From the IMG/VR virus record IMGVR_UViG_2639762884_000001: a DNA stretch of 64,000 nt. One strand, 5' to 3'. The first letter of the stretch is position 1, and each line of letters begins with the position of its first letter. Positions 10,208 through 19,457 of the stretch are shown one piece after another. The DNA is from a virus. Lineage: Duplodnaviria; Heunggongvirae; Uroviricota; Caudoviricetes. The notes below the pieces were generated by a model that saw nothing but the letters and a program-made list of their open reading frames with translations, ran no database searches and was not told where the DNA came from. The position numbers and the translations under genes were made by a program.

Positions 10208-10254
10208 TTATTAAGGCCATCAGCATTGGTGGCCTTAAATGACCATCCTGTTTC

Positions 10255-10345
10255 CCGCAGGCTAAAAACACCAACCTCTTACCTCCAGGCAACCGACAAA
10301 CCCACCTGTTCCCGTCCGGCTACCGCAACTTTCCACTTTGACGCC
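10255..10345. repeat. C/A-rich direct repeats, second copy
   Basis: caggctaaaaacaccaacct / caggcaaccgacaaacccacct / cggctaccgcaactttcc, paralogous to 7111-7195. Confidence 0.65.
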
Positions 10346-10411
10346 TTATTCGTACAACGATAATTAACACCAACAAGAAAACAATTTGTTATTTACGATA
10401 AGGAATTAATC

Positions 10412-10894
10412 ATGAATTTTATCGCTACTGTAAACGCACCCGCACATGGCAATATCGCTGTAACGTTCTCTGACATTGAAAAACGAGTACTTGGTGCATG
10501 GCGCGACAATGAGACGGTAGAACTGTCAGCACAAGAAAAATGCATTATTGCACGCGACATCATTGGCAATCGTCGTTACTCGCGGGTATTTGAGAAAGCG
10601 TATGTGGTAAATTCTGGATTCGGAACGTTCGTCTTTCCGGTGCGCTCCGGGCGATTCTGCCAGTCCAAGCTGATTGAGTTCGCTACGCAGATTTCTGTCT
10701 GGATTAAAACTCAATCGTCGTTCAAATTTTCCGACGATGAAGCAGTATCGCAGGGGATGCGGATCGCCAACAATGCAATTAAATGCAAAAACATTACGTA
10801 TACCGCTGGCGTTGATACATGGAAACTGTTTTGCGCTAACTTTATGTTGAATGTATACGCAAGCAACCGCATCCACATCCTTGATGGCGTGTAA
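10412..10894 (+). CDS. hypothetical protein (160 aa)
   Basis: ORF with AAGGAATTAATC ATG; class A site 10377-10390 upstream. Confidence 0.5.
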   Translation: MNFIATVNAPAHGNIAVTFSDIEKRVLGAWRDNETVELSAQEKCIIARDIIGNRRYSRVFEKAYVVNSGFGTFVFPVRSGRFCQSKLIEFATQISVWIKTQSSFKFSDDEAVSQGMRIANNAIKCKNITYTAGVDTWKLFCANFMLNVYASNRIHILDGV

Positions 10895-10940
10895 CTGAGA
10901 AGAGGGCCAGAAACGGCCCTTTCTCTATAGCCACCAGCTG

Positions 10941-11060
10941 CCGCAGGGAAATTTTCAGAGACGGCGAGGAACGTATTCATGAGCCGACGGGAAACGGCCA
11001 GGATTTTTTCGGGAAACGGCTGCATTCGCCTTTGTGTAGAAAAAACATCGGGAAGCTGGT
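10941..11060. repeat. iteron-like direct repeats (GGGAAACGGC), cluster 2
   Basis: agagacggcg 10957, gggaaacggcc 10989, gggaaacggctg 11011, gggaagctgg 11049; the ttttcagag and ggctgcat contexts match cluster 1. Confidence 0.65.
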
Positions 11061-11481
11061 GGAATCCAACCAGCGGTTGTCGGACAGGTGAGCGGGGAAA
11101 ATCATGATGACTTTCGTCGCCTGAGACATCCAGATTTCTTTCGTAGCGTAATCACATATGTGATTAAGTGGTGTGATTATGTGAAAAATCACGCGCACAT
11201 AATACGCGAGCGGATACGGAACAAAACAAAATGCCGATCCGCGCCGACAAATAAACGCGGATCATAAAGCAAGACTAAAAGCCAATGATTAACCATACTC
11301 TATAGCGCAATATAACGCGTTTTAAGCGCGTTAATGTGTTAAGTAATGGGTATGTACTGGTAAGGATATAAAATCGCGTCTATGGCGTTATTTTGGCGCT
11401 TATTTTTATGTTGTTGGAGTGAGTTAAAGACAATAAAAAACGTGCTAATGATGGCGCGTTATGGTGGGAGTATTGGAAACG

Positions 11482-11510
11482 AAAAAAGCGCCCATAGTGG
11501 GCGCTCGATT
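11482..11510. terminator. bidirectional terminator hairpin (GCGCCCA-TAG-TGGGCGC)
   Basis: Stem 11488-11494 / 11498-11504 flanked by an A-run and T-rich tract; ends the leftward operon. An identical hairpin recurs at 11983-11999. Confidence 0.75.
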
Positions 11511-11741
11511 TTATTTGTGTAAACTGATTTTAAATCCCATTTCTACAAACGCTTTTAACATTAAAAATATATCAGCGTCGTTCACGTCTGCTTTTTTTCG
11601 CTCCTGGTCGCTCAATAAGTCAATTTTGCGCGTCGTTTCATCTATAAGCTCGACTGCGCGCCCAGCGTAACCAGCGATCCCAGCGATGCGATTAACATAA
11701 TATTCGTTATGGACGTTAACGCCAGCGATAAGAACAAACAT
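11511..11741 (-). CDS. hypothetical protein (76 aa)
   Basis: ORF at the distal end of the leftward operon. Confidence 0.4.
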   Translation of the reverse strand: MFVLIAGVNVHNEYYVNRIAGIAGYAGRAVELIDETTRKIDLLSDQERKKADVNDADIFLMLKAFVEMGFKISLHK

Positions 11742-11761
11742 GATTAAGCTCCTTAAAAAAA

Positions 11762-11965
11762 TTAAATAGAATTTTGAAGTTTTCCGATTAATGCGCTTAA
11801 ACGTAAGTATTCACGTTTGCGCTTGCAATCTCGCTTGCTGTTAAGCAAATCAGAAAACGTAAAATTTAATTGGTCGCGTTGCGCGATCAAATCATCGATT
11901 AATTCCAGTTTATAAGCGCGATACTTTGCGCGATATTCCGCGCGGATCTTGTCATAGCTGACCAT
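11762..11965 (-). CDS. hypothetical basic protein (67 aa)
   Basis: Start moved to the ATG at 11965 (GGAG RBS) because the track N-terminus would be encoded by the hairpin at 11983-11999. Confidence 0.4.
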   Translation of the reverse strand: MVSYDKIRAEYRAKYRAYKLELIDDLIAQRDQLNFTFSDLLNSKRDCKRKREYLRLSALIGKLQNSI

Positions 11966-12013
11966 TTTTAAAGCTCCTTTAAAGCGCCCATAGTGGGCGC
12001 TTGATTCCATTAA

Positions 12014-12664
12014 TTACGCTTTGAAAGCATCAGCTAAATAATTGTAGAAATCATTTTTAATGAAGCGATATTGCTGAGTACCAGCTTTCGCGCTCCCAGC
12101 TCCTTTGACTTTTTCAACAAGTCCAAGACGTTCGCAAAGATTGATCAACTGGTTGGCTTGAGTATAGCCAGCGTCCAATTTAATTTCACACGCTTTTTTA
12201 GCTTCATTCATTAAATCGAAAACAGCGCCATTGGTGAACGTGTCGATCTCGTCGTTAATCATATCGATTAAAGCGAATACACGAGATCCTGACATATCAG
12301 CGATGGAATAAACGCATTTACCAGATTTAATTGATTTAACCAGATAAACCAGTTTTTCCAGAGAATAACTATTAGTCATTGCATCACGGAAAAATACTTC
12401 TGGCGCTTGTTTGCTTGCTTTAATCGCATAGTAAAAAACAGAGCATAATTTTTCGTCTTCTACAGCGTTTACAACGTTGTTGATGAAGTAAGCAAGTTTA
12501 GTGGTCGCAGCTTGCATATTTGCTTTGTCTGCTTTAGTGTGCGTACCATTTTTATAATGTTCGTTATATGTTTGAGTTGCCAGATCTGCTTTTTCGCGCA
12601 GCTCGTCGGATACAATAGATGCAGCTTCAATGATGGACTTTTTAGAAATGATAATGTTAGCCAT
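12014..12664 (-). CDS. hypothetical protein (216 aa)
   Basis: Long ORF; AT-rich promoter-like region 12665-12950 upstream. Confidence 0.55.
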   Translation of the reverse strand: MANIIISKKSIIEAASIVSDELREKADLATQTYNEHYKNGTHTKADKANMQAATTKLAYFINNVVNAVEDEKLCSVFYYAIKASKQAPEVFFRDAMTNSYSLEKLVYLVKSIKSGKCVYSIADMSGSRVFALIDMINDEIDTFTNGAVFDLMNEAKKACEIKLDAGYTQANQLINLCERLGLVEKVKGAGSAKAGTQQYRFIKNDFYNYLADAFKA

Positions 12665-12948
12665 GATAATTTTTCCTTATGTAAATTTAAAATTTATTGT
12701 CGTTAGCGTCTTCGCTTTCGACGAGTTCAATTATCGATACGCGAAAAAAGATTGCAAGTGTTTTTTTTAAAATTTTTTGCAGGGATGAAAGTCCTAGAAA
12801 TAAAAGCGAGATCGTCGAAGGTGTTCCCTAAATAAATAATCGATTCCGGCTTTAGACCTTATATATATTTAGGCTATTTGATTTGTAGATATAAAGAAGT
12901 GATGTGAAAAATAATAACCGGACTTAGCCGGTTATTAACCTTATAGAT

Positions 12949-13257
12949 TTATTGAACAGACTCTACAGCCTTACGATTGGTGTCAAATAGCGCATCAACG
13001 AACTGTGCCGATGACTCGCTAGATTCGCAATCCAACATTGCCCGTTCTTCATTTGCCACTTTCTTACACAGTTCCATATTCTCACCTATCGCTTTTCCTG
13101 CTTTTACGGCTGCCGAAAATTGATACATGCAAACTGATACATTCTGAGACGTTGAGCACACGTCATTCATCAGCGACTGAATGACAGGCTTATAGTCCAT
13201 TGCATTTGCCGCAACTGAGCAAAGTAAAAATAATGGTGGTAACAATATCGATTTCAT
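12949..13257 (-). CDS. secreted/periplasmic small protein with signal peptide
   Basis: N-terminus MKSILLPPLFLLCSVAANA is a typical Sec signal peptide; several Cys. Confidence 0.5.
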   Translation of the reverse strand: MKSILLPPLFLLCSVAANAMDYKPVIQSLMNDVCSTSQNVSVCMYQFSAAVKAGKAIGENMELCKKVANEERAMLDCESSESSAQFVDALFDTNRKAVESVQ

Positions 13258-13260
13258 AAC

Positions 13261-13863
13261 TCAAAAAGGCAAAATTCGTTCAACCCAATCGAACAAAACA
13301 ACTATTTTTCTACCGTTCTCGACACGTAGTGTAACCTGACAAGCATCTGCGCCTGCTGACACCCCCTCAATTTCACGGCCATCCGCCATGTACACCCTTA
13401 TAGATTTGTTTGCTTTATAGGCTTGGTTGCAAATTGCAAAAAAATCGCGGCGTGATGGCCGATTATCGACATAATCAGGGTGAACTGTTAATCGACCTTT
13501 GAAATCGTGAGCGATACTGTCAACCACACCTGATTCAATTGTACTAATGCGTTCAAGTGGGAGCCTTATACGATTTTCTTTGTCAAAAGGGGCTGGGCAA
13601 AGGTCAACTTTGTTGCGAGATGGCATGAGGCCATAAACGTACATGCAAAACGCCTGACCATCTTCGAGAGTGACCCTTACAGGAATTTGTTCTCTGCGCC
13701 AGAACATCAGTAGTTTTTCAACGTTAGTGTAATCTCGCGGCAAGAGTTCAGCTTGGATACCGTAGGTAATATCTTTGGTTGTCATGTCATCACAGAGTTG
13801 TTGGCAGAATGTCGATGTCACCAGAATTGCTGGTGAACACCCTGAACGCTTTTGTGTCTCCAT
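13261..13863 (-). CDS. hypothetical protein (200 aa)
   Basis: ORF; no motif recognised. Confidence 0.5.
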   Translation of the reverse strand: METQKRSGCSPAILVTSTFCQQLCDDMTTKDITYGIQAELLPRDYTNVEKLLMFWRREQIPVRVTLEDGQAFCMYVYGLMPSRNKVDLCPAPFDKENRIRLPLERISTIESGVVDSIAHDFKGRLTVHPDYVDNRPSRRDFFAICNQAYKANKSIRVYMADGREIEGVSAGADACQVTLRVENGRKIVVLFDWVERILPF

Positions 13864-14212
13864 TCTTCAGAGTCGTTTCTCGCTCTTGACGAGCGGGGTT
13901 TAGAGCACATAAACCTGCACCTTCAAGAGATGCACCCACAATTAATTCTCCGGCATTTAAATGGAAAGTCGCTTTTTCGCCTGTAGCCAGTTTTGCGACA
14001 GTTTCGCCATTGATGAAAATGGAAGCATCACATCCAGCTCCTACAAAACCTGTGTCTCTCATTACCACCAACGTAGCTGGCGCTGCGCTTTGATACTTGA
14101 ACACTTTGGCCTGCGGTGCTGGTTTGGCGTCATGGATTGATATTGGACGTGATTGGCACGCGGTAAGCATCAACACTGGTAACGTTAGTAGAGGGAGAAG
14201 CGAGTATTTCAT
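13790..14212 (-). CDS. putative lipoprotein
   Basis: MKYSLLPLLTLPVLMLTAC lipobox signal peptide from the ATG at 14212; alternative upstream start 14254 has an AGGGAG RBS. Confidence 0.55.
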   Translation of the reverse strand: MKYSLLPLLTLPVLMLTACQSRPISIHDAKPAPQAKVFKYQSAAPATLVVMRDTGFVGAGCDASIFINGETVAKLATGEKATFHLNAGELIVGASLEGAGLCALNPARQERETTLKNGDTKAFRVFTSNSGDIDILPTTL

Positions 14213-14280
14213 GTTAGTTTTAGAACAGAAAGTGAACAGTATGGGAGACTTCATCTTTGTCTCCCTAATTGATAGCGTGA

Positions 14281-14559
14281 TTATTTTAATCTGCTTAATA
14301 GCGTTTCGAGATCTTCCTTTGTCATATTAGAGTTCTCATAGATACGCATGATTTTCTCACGAGTCTTAGCGGAAGCCCCGACAGAAGATATAACCTTGTC
14401 AAAGTCGGCCATTGTCAATTGTTCCAGAATGGTATTAATGACTTCAGCCTTAGACATTTTGATATTTTTTTCTTTTAGTTTCACTTGAAACTTTCCAAGT
14501 TTGTCATTGGCCTTATCAGACAATGCTACCTGACAGTAAGTTGTTTTCTTTTCACTCAT
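14281..14559 (-). CDS. hypothetical protein (92 aa), Lys-rich
   Basis: ORF immediately downstream of the helicase gene on the minus strand. Confidence 0.45.
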   Translation of the reverse strand: MSEKKTTYCQVALSDKANDKLGKFQVKLKEKNIKMSKAEVINTILEQLTMADFDKVISSVGASAKTREKIMRIYENSNMTKEDLETLLSRLK

Positions 14560-14561
14560 AA

Positions 14562-16121
14562 CTAATCTCGTTTCAGAACTCCAAAATCGAATGCTCCATC
14601 AATAGGCAATACACCTTCTGCAAAGCCAGGTGTGGTGTCGATGATGTGTTTTCGCTCATAAGAGTGAGACAACAGGTATTTGTTGCTAATGTCAATGAAA
14701 TCAGTGATAAAACACACGTTTGCCTGATTTTTTTTGGCTCGTAAGCCACGACCGACACGCTGTCTCATTTCAACTTCTGCTTTCCCACCACCAGCAAGAA
14801 TGACCGCACCAACGCTTGGCACATCAACACCAACATCCAGAATAGTCGAGCCTATTAAAACATCTATTTCACCAGACGCTAAACTGTTCAGCTTTGCTTG
14901 CCTTGTCGTCTGGTTAGATTCCCCATAGATGAAATCAACTCTAAGACCTGACTCCTTCATCATCTCCATCAGGATTTGCCCGTGGCGTTTAAGACGAACC
15001 AGAGTCATGCAGTTGAGTGAATGTTGCTTATAAAGCAATGCCTCGCGCACTATGGCCTCGTTACGTCCCAAATTATACACGATCCCCAACTGATAAGCCT
15101 TTTGGTAGGCGGTGCTCATACCAACTCTAAAATTGAGATGTTTGTTGGCAAGTTCGGCCTTGATTCTGGCCTCGTCTGGCTTGTAGGCAACTTTATGATA
15201 AAGGAAGTACGGCTTTGCCAGAATGCCTCGATCAATCAGGTACTTTTCTGTGACTTTAATTTCAATTCGCCCGGCCACCGCCATCAGGCGCATGTTGGCT
15301 TCCGTCGAATCCTTCATGAACGGCGTGGCTGTAAGCGCCAGACGATAGTCTGCGTTCACACATAATCTGGCGATGTCATAGAAATTTGAGCCTGAAGACT
15401 CATGCGCCTCTTCCAGAATAAGAAGAGAGACACTTGAAAGGAAGCGTTTCACCAACTCCCGACGTTTGAGGTGGTAGCTTTTCTTATCTGGTGTTGCATC
15501 GCGTGGTGGTTCTTCGAGGAAACTTGCAAGAGTTTGAACTGTAGCGACGTTGATATGTCGTGATACCTGGAACTCACCCGAGCCAATGACTCCAACCTTT
15601 TGGTCTTTTAACCACGGTTCGCCATTTTTGGCGCGGTAGTCGATGGATCTCTGGAAGTTTTCGGCCATTTGAAACATCAGAACAGAGCGGGTTGTTAAAA
15701 ATAATGTCATTCGACCGATACGTGCAGCTGCTTTGCAGGCAACATTAGATTTCCCGCCACCAGTAGCGATCTGCGCAATCATCATTCCCTCTCGAACCAG
15801 TGTTTCCACAGTCTGATCCTGATACGCATAATCAGGATTGTATGGGAATGGGTTAACCGCCGGATTTGGTTTTCCAAGCGCCGGGGCTTTGTCTTTGCGG
15901 ATATGAACACATTTGATGCCCGCCTTGTTCAAGTTCGCCGCTACAGGCTTGGCAAAGCCTGCAGGGAACGAGTTTTTACTCCAGTTGAACATTGTGCTTG
16001 TGCCCTTCCAGTCGCCAGTCTCGACTTCGTAGCTCAACATCTGTTGCACCAGTTGCTTTACCTTGTCATCTGCGCCAGAAATAAGCGCATTAACTGCGTT
16101 AGATACAATCCGAACAGTCAT
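14562..16121 (-). CDS. superfamily 2 (DEAD/DEAH-type) helicase
   Basis: Walker A IATGGGKS, motif II LILEEAHE, motif III TATP, and a C-terminal helicase domain. Confidence 0.8.
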   Translation of the reverse strand: MTVRIVSNAVNALISGADDKVKQLVQQMLSYEVETGDWKGTSTMFNWSKNSFPAGFAKPVAANLNKAGIKCVHIRKDKAPALGKPNPAVNPFPYNPDYAYQDQTVETLVREGMMIAQIATGGGKSNVACKAAARIGRMTLFLTTRSVLMFQMAENFQRSIDYRAKNGEPWLKDQKVGVIGSGEFQVSRHINVATVQTLASFLEEPPRDATPDKKSYHLKRRELVKRFLSSVSLLILEEAHESSGSNFYDIARLCVNADYRLALTATPFMKDSTEANMRLMAVAGRIEIKVTEKYLIDRGILAKPYFLYHKVAYKPDEARIKAELANKHLNFRVGMSTAYQKAYQLGIVYNLGRNEAIVREALLYKQHSLNCMTLVRLKRHGQILMEMMKESGLRVDFIYGESNQTTRQAKLNSLASGEIDVLIGSTILDVGVDVPSVGAVILAGGGKAEVEMRQRVGRGLRAKKNQANVCFITDFIDISNKYLLSHSYERKHIIDTTPGFAEGVLPIDGAFDFGVLKRD

Positions 16122-16166
16122 AAACCTCTTTCCTTAGTGCCTTTTGTATGTTATTTGGCTATTATG

Positions 16167-16186
16167 ATAGGTAAGTGATTACTTAG
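16167..16186. promoter_or_regulatory. class B palindromic motif (ATAGGTAAGTgatTACTTAG)
   Basis: In the divergent intergenic region between the helicase operon and the ParB-like gene. Confidence 0.5.
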
Positions 16187-16884
16187 TGGATTGTAGCAAT
16201 AAAATGGATGTAAAAATCACGATTTTGCAGGTTGATGTTGCCAACCTTCGCCCGAATACCTGGAACACCAATTCGGTTGGTGCGCAGAATTTTGAAAAAC
16301 TGAAAGGTTCTATCGAAAAATTGGGCTTTTTTAAGCCAATTTTGGCTCGTGAACTTGAAGATGGATTTTTTGAAATCCTCGGCGGCGAACATCGCTGGCG
16401 TGCCGCTATTGAGCAAGGAATTTCAACGGTTCCAGTGCTTTCTGTGGGCAAAATTAGCGATGTCGTAGCTAAACAGATGTCACTGGTGGACAACGAGCGA
16501 TACGGTGAAGACGACCAAATCGCATTGCAACGCTTCATTGAAGAAATTCAGTCAGAACTTGACTATCAACTGTCTGAAATCGCCCCGTATGACGACGAAA
16601 TCTCGATGGTTTTAGCAAAAGAGGCGGCAATCGACCTTGAAGCACTGGAGGCGTTGTCTCGTGGTAGTGATGAGCCTGTCGATACCGACAAACGAGAGAA
16701 AACCGAACGTGTGGGGGCGGAACATCAGACCATGCGCTTCAAAGTAACTTTCGATGCGTCAGATCGTGTTGCAGAAACCATAAAAAACATCATCAAAGAG
16801 CAGGCTATTAACACCGGTAATGAAATGGAGAACGCTGGTGAGGCTCTGGTGTGGCTGGTCGACTACTACAAGGAGCGTATGTAA
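16186..16884 (+). CDS. ParB/Srx-like N-terminal domain protein 1
   Basis: ILGGEHRWRAA matches the ParB/sulfiredoxin GxxRxxA box; acidic C-terminal half. Track start is GTG; ATG at 16204 is an alternative. Confidence 0.7.
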   Translation: MDCSNKMDVKITILQVDVANLRPNTWNTNSVGAQNFEKLKGSIEKLGFFKPILARELEDGFFEILGGEHRWRAAIEQGISTVPVLSVGKISDVVAKQMSLVDNERYGEDDQIALQRFIEEIQSELDYQLSEIAPYDDEISMVLAKEAAIDLEALEALSRGSDEPVDTDKREKTERVGAEHQTMRFKVTFDASDRVAETIKNIIKEQAINTGNEMENAGEALVWLVDYYKERM

Positions 16885-17552
16885 TGACCAAAAAGTTTGA
16901 AATCGTATATCGCGACCCGGCAGATCTTATTCCCTATGAGATGAATGCCAAAAAGCATGATGAACAGCAGATCCGAGATCTAGCCGCAGCCATTAAAAAG
17001 CGCGGATTTGACCAGCCAATTACGGTCGATAAGAACGACGTAATTATTACTGGCCACGGCCGCCGTGAGGCTGCAATTTTTGCTGGACTTGAGCGCGTAC
17101 CGGTTATTGTTCGCGATGATCTCAGTGATGACGAGGTTCGTGCGAAGCGCCTTGAAGATAACCGACTTGCCAGCATTGATTACGATGCAATTAAGCTACA
17201 GAAAGAGCTTGAGTCGCTTGTTCTGGACGATATCGAGGTTTTCGGCTTTGAAGAGCGTGAGTTGAATGTTCTCGTTGGCAGCATGACAGAAGAAATGGAC
17301 ACCGACTCGCTAGTTATCGATCTTGGCGAAGAAACTAAACGACAGAAGGATGAACACACCGAGATCAGTCGTGAAGTTGCAGCGGAAGAAGTACGTGTTG
17401 TCGACGTATTGGGCTTTAAAACGCTTCCTGCTGGCTCTGCCATTGTTGTTGGTGATTTGCTTGCCCACATGGAAGAAATGACGGGAGAAAGCGGGGTAGA
17501 CGCATTTGTGGCATATGCGGAGAAGATCTCTTCCGGGGAGATGGCTGCATGA
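16884..17552 (+). CDS. ParB/Srx-like N-terminal domain protein 2
   Basis: IITGHGRREAA ParB box; AAGGAG RBS; start overlaps the preceding stop (TAATG). Confidence 0.7.
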   Translation: MTKKFEIVYRDPADLIPYEMNAKKHDEQQIRDLAAAIKKRGFDQPITVDKNDVIITGHGRREAAIFAGLERVPVIVRDDLSDDEVRAKRLEDNRLASIDYDAIKLQKELESLVLDDIEVFGFEERELNVLVGSMTEEMDTDSLVIDLGEETKRQKDEHTEISREVAAEEVRVVDVLGFKTLPAGSAIVVGDLLAHMEEMTGESGVDAFVAYAEKISSGEMAA

Positions 17553-18214
17553 GCAAATACATCATCAACGTATCGTTTCAGACACGCGTAAATAAAACCA
17601 CGCGCACGTTGGAAATCGCTGAGTCGTTCGGGCTTGGCCTGGACGAAAAAGAGTGGACGCTTTACGACAATCTGGAGCTGGAAGTGAAGCAGGGCGATGT
17701 GGTGTACATCACCGGCCAATCCGGTTCCGGCAAATCCGTTGTGCTGCGCGAGTTGCAACGACAGATGAAGGATGAAGGGCTGTCTGTAGCCTCCATCGAT
17801 GATTTTACCTTCGATAATGAGGTTAACGTCATCGATCAGTTGGGCAAAACGACCAGCGATGCGCTTGGGTTGTTATCTATGGCTGGTCTGAACGATGCAT
17901 ATCTGTTTGTTCGCAAGCCTTCTGAAATGTCAGACGGTCAGAAATATCGTCTCAAGATTGCCAAACTGATTGAGTCAGGCGCTAAAGTGTGGGCTGCTGA
18001 CGAGTTCGGTGCTGTTCTAGACCGTGTAACCGCTCAGGTTGTGGCATCTAACCTCCAGCGTGCCGCTCGAAAGGTTGGTGCGACGGTAATGGTGGCGACG
18101 ACTCACGAAGACCTGAAGAACGCGCTGCGCCCGGATATGCAGATCACCAAGCACTACAAAGAACGCGTGAAGGTGGAATATCACAATGGTAGTCATGATG
18201 AGGTTCATTTATGA
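17549..18214 (+). CDS. soluble ABC-type ATPase
   Basis: Walker A GQSGSGKS, signature-like MSDGQKYRL, Walker B VWAADEF, H-loop ATTHE; 221 aa with no transmembrane domain. Confidence 0.8.
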   Translation: MSKYIINVSFQTRVNKTTRTLEIAESFGLGLDEKEWTLYDNLELEVKQGDVVYITGQSGSGKSVVLRELQRQMKDEGLSVASIDDFTFDNEVNVIDQLGKTTSDALGLLSMAGLNDAYLFVRKPSEMSDGQKYRLKIAKLIESGAKVWAADEFGAVLDRVTAQVVASNLQRAARKVGATVMVATTHEDLKNALRPDMQITKHYKERVKVEYHNGSHDEVHL

Positions 18215-19101
18215 CGGACATCATCATTAAACGCTACCGCCCTGAAGAGTTTCCGCGTCATCTGGACTTTCTGGAGCGAATGACTGTCACAAAGGGAACT
18301 GTAGAGGACTGGCACGCTCTTAAGTCGCTTCACTACAAAACAGACGGCAAACCTTTCGCGCCAACTTACTATCGCTGCGAACTTGATGACCGTCTGGTGG
18401 GCGTCGTGGTTATGGCTTACCCGAAACTACTGCTGGCACCTCGCCACCGCATGTTTCCTAAGTTGAAACCAACCACTAATACCACCGTGGCTAACCAGTA
18501 CTGGGGTCGGTACGTGAATAACAACTTTGCGGTGATCAGTCGCTCAGTTGTGGATACTCAGTATCGTGGCGTAGGCGTCTCTTATCGAATGATTAACCTG
18601 GTTAGCAGGATGCATGACCGGCCAATCATTGAGATCCAGTCCTCGATGAGCAAATACAATCCCTTCGCCATGAAAGCAGGGTTTAAGTTCATCCGCCCTG
18701 AGCGACCGAAGAGCTATGAAAGTGCACTGCGTGTATTCCAGCGCCATTTCCGTTCCGACCCGGGTGATAACGAGGCGATCGTCAAAGAGTTGTTCGCAAT
18801 GAGCGAGTCTCGTCGTCGCCGTGCACTGCGTGATCTGGTGGCGGACTACCACAAGAACAGTTCCCTGGCAAAAGCTGGGCGGAATCGTGGCACGACGATT
18901 CAGGACATTGCCGACAGTCTGGTGGACGAGGCCAGCATTGTGAAGCTGCTCAAGGACATTCACAACCTGAGCTTTACGTCTCCGTTGTATGGTGTGTACC
19001 GAAACCCTGACTTTGGCCGTCGACTGCCTGACACGCTGCCACTGCTGGCATTCGACAAACAACCTTTGGATAAACCGTTAGAAATTGCTTTACCGGCATA
19101 A
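18211..19101 (+). CDS. GNAT-fold acetyltransferase-like protein
   Basis: Motif A QYRGVGVS (Q/R-x-x-G-x-G) and downstream NPFAMKAGFKF; roughly 120-aa C-terminal extension. Confidence 0.55.
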   Translation: MTDIIIKRYRPEEFPRHLDFLERMTVTKGTVEDWHALKSLHYKTDGKPFAPTYYRCELDDRLVGVVVMAYPKLLLAPRHRMFPKLKPTTNTTVANQYWGRYVNNNFAVISRSVVDTQYRGVGVSYRMINLVSRMHDRPIIEIQSSMSKYNPFAMKAGFKFIRPERPKSYESALRVFQRHFRSDPGDNEAIVKELFAMSESRRRRALRDLVADYHKNSSLAKAGRNRGTTIQDIADSLVDEASIVKLLKDIHNLSFTSPLYGVYRNPDFGRRLPDTLPLLAFDKQPLDKPLEIALPA

Positions 19102-19110
19102 GGATTTGCC

Positions 19111-19377
19111 ATGACGTTAACCGATAAACAAAAGGACATCATCAAAACGCTCAATCTCGGTTATGAGCGAGGTCATCTACTTGACCTGGACGAATTGCTT
19201 GAAGTTTTGCCGTACAAGACAACCAAGCAAAGTATCCAGTTCTCAATTCGCGCTCTGATAAAAAAGGGGCTGGTGGAGAAAGGGCATACGCGCCAACGCA
19301 GTGACAATCGCTATCACCGCCGAACTCTTGGGTTAACCACTTTAGGTCGAGCCAAAGCGAAGTTACTGGTGATGTAA
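19111..19377 (+). CDS. small winged-helix-like DNA-binding protein (putative regulator)
   Basis: 88 aa; helix-turn-helix-like segment TKQSIQFSIRALIKKGLVEK followed by a basic tail. Confidence 0.45.
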   Translation: MTLTDKQKDIIKTLNLGYERGHLLDLDELLEVLPYKTTKQSIQFSIRALIKKGLVEKGHTRQRSDNRYHRRTLGLTTLGRAKAKLLVM

Positions 19378-19400
19378 TCGGTCTGGGAGCTTATTTAAAG

Positions 19401-19457
19401 ACCTGCATCTGTATATATAAATAATAAGTAACTTATTAAATATATACGGAAGCAGGC
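19401..19457. repeat. 57-bp imperfect palindromic element, copy 1
   Basis: acctgcatctgtatatataaataataagtaacttattaaatatatacggaagcaggc; core ATAAGT-A-ACTTAT; near-identical copy at 51400-51455. Confidence 0.8.

Noticed and set aside
6780-11060. Possible CRISPR array suggested by repeated units
   Set aside because: Repeats are degenerate, irregularly spaced and lack unique spacers of constant length; no cas genes nearby; better explained as iteron-like or regulatory repeats.
18544-19062. 172-aa minus-strand ORF
   Set aside because: Antisense within the GNAT-like gene, which has recognisable motifs and translational coupling to its neighbours.
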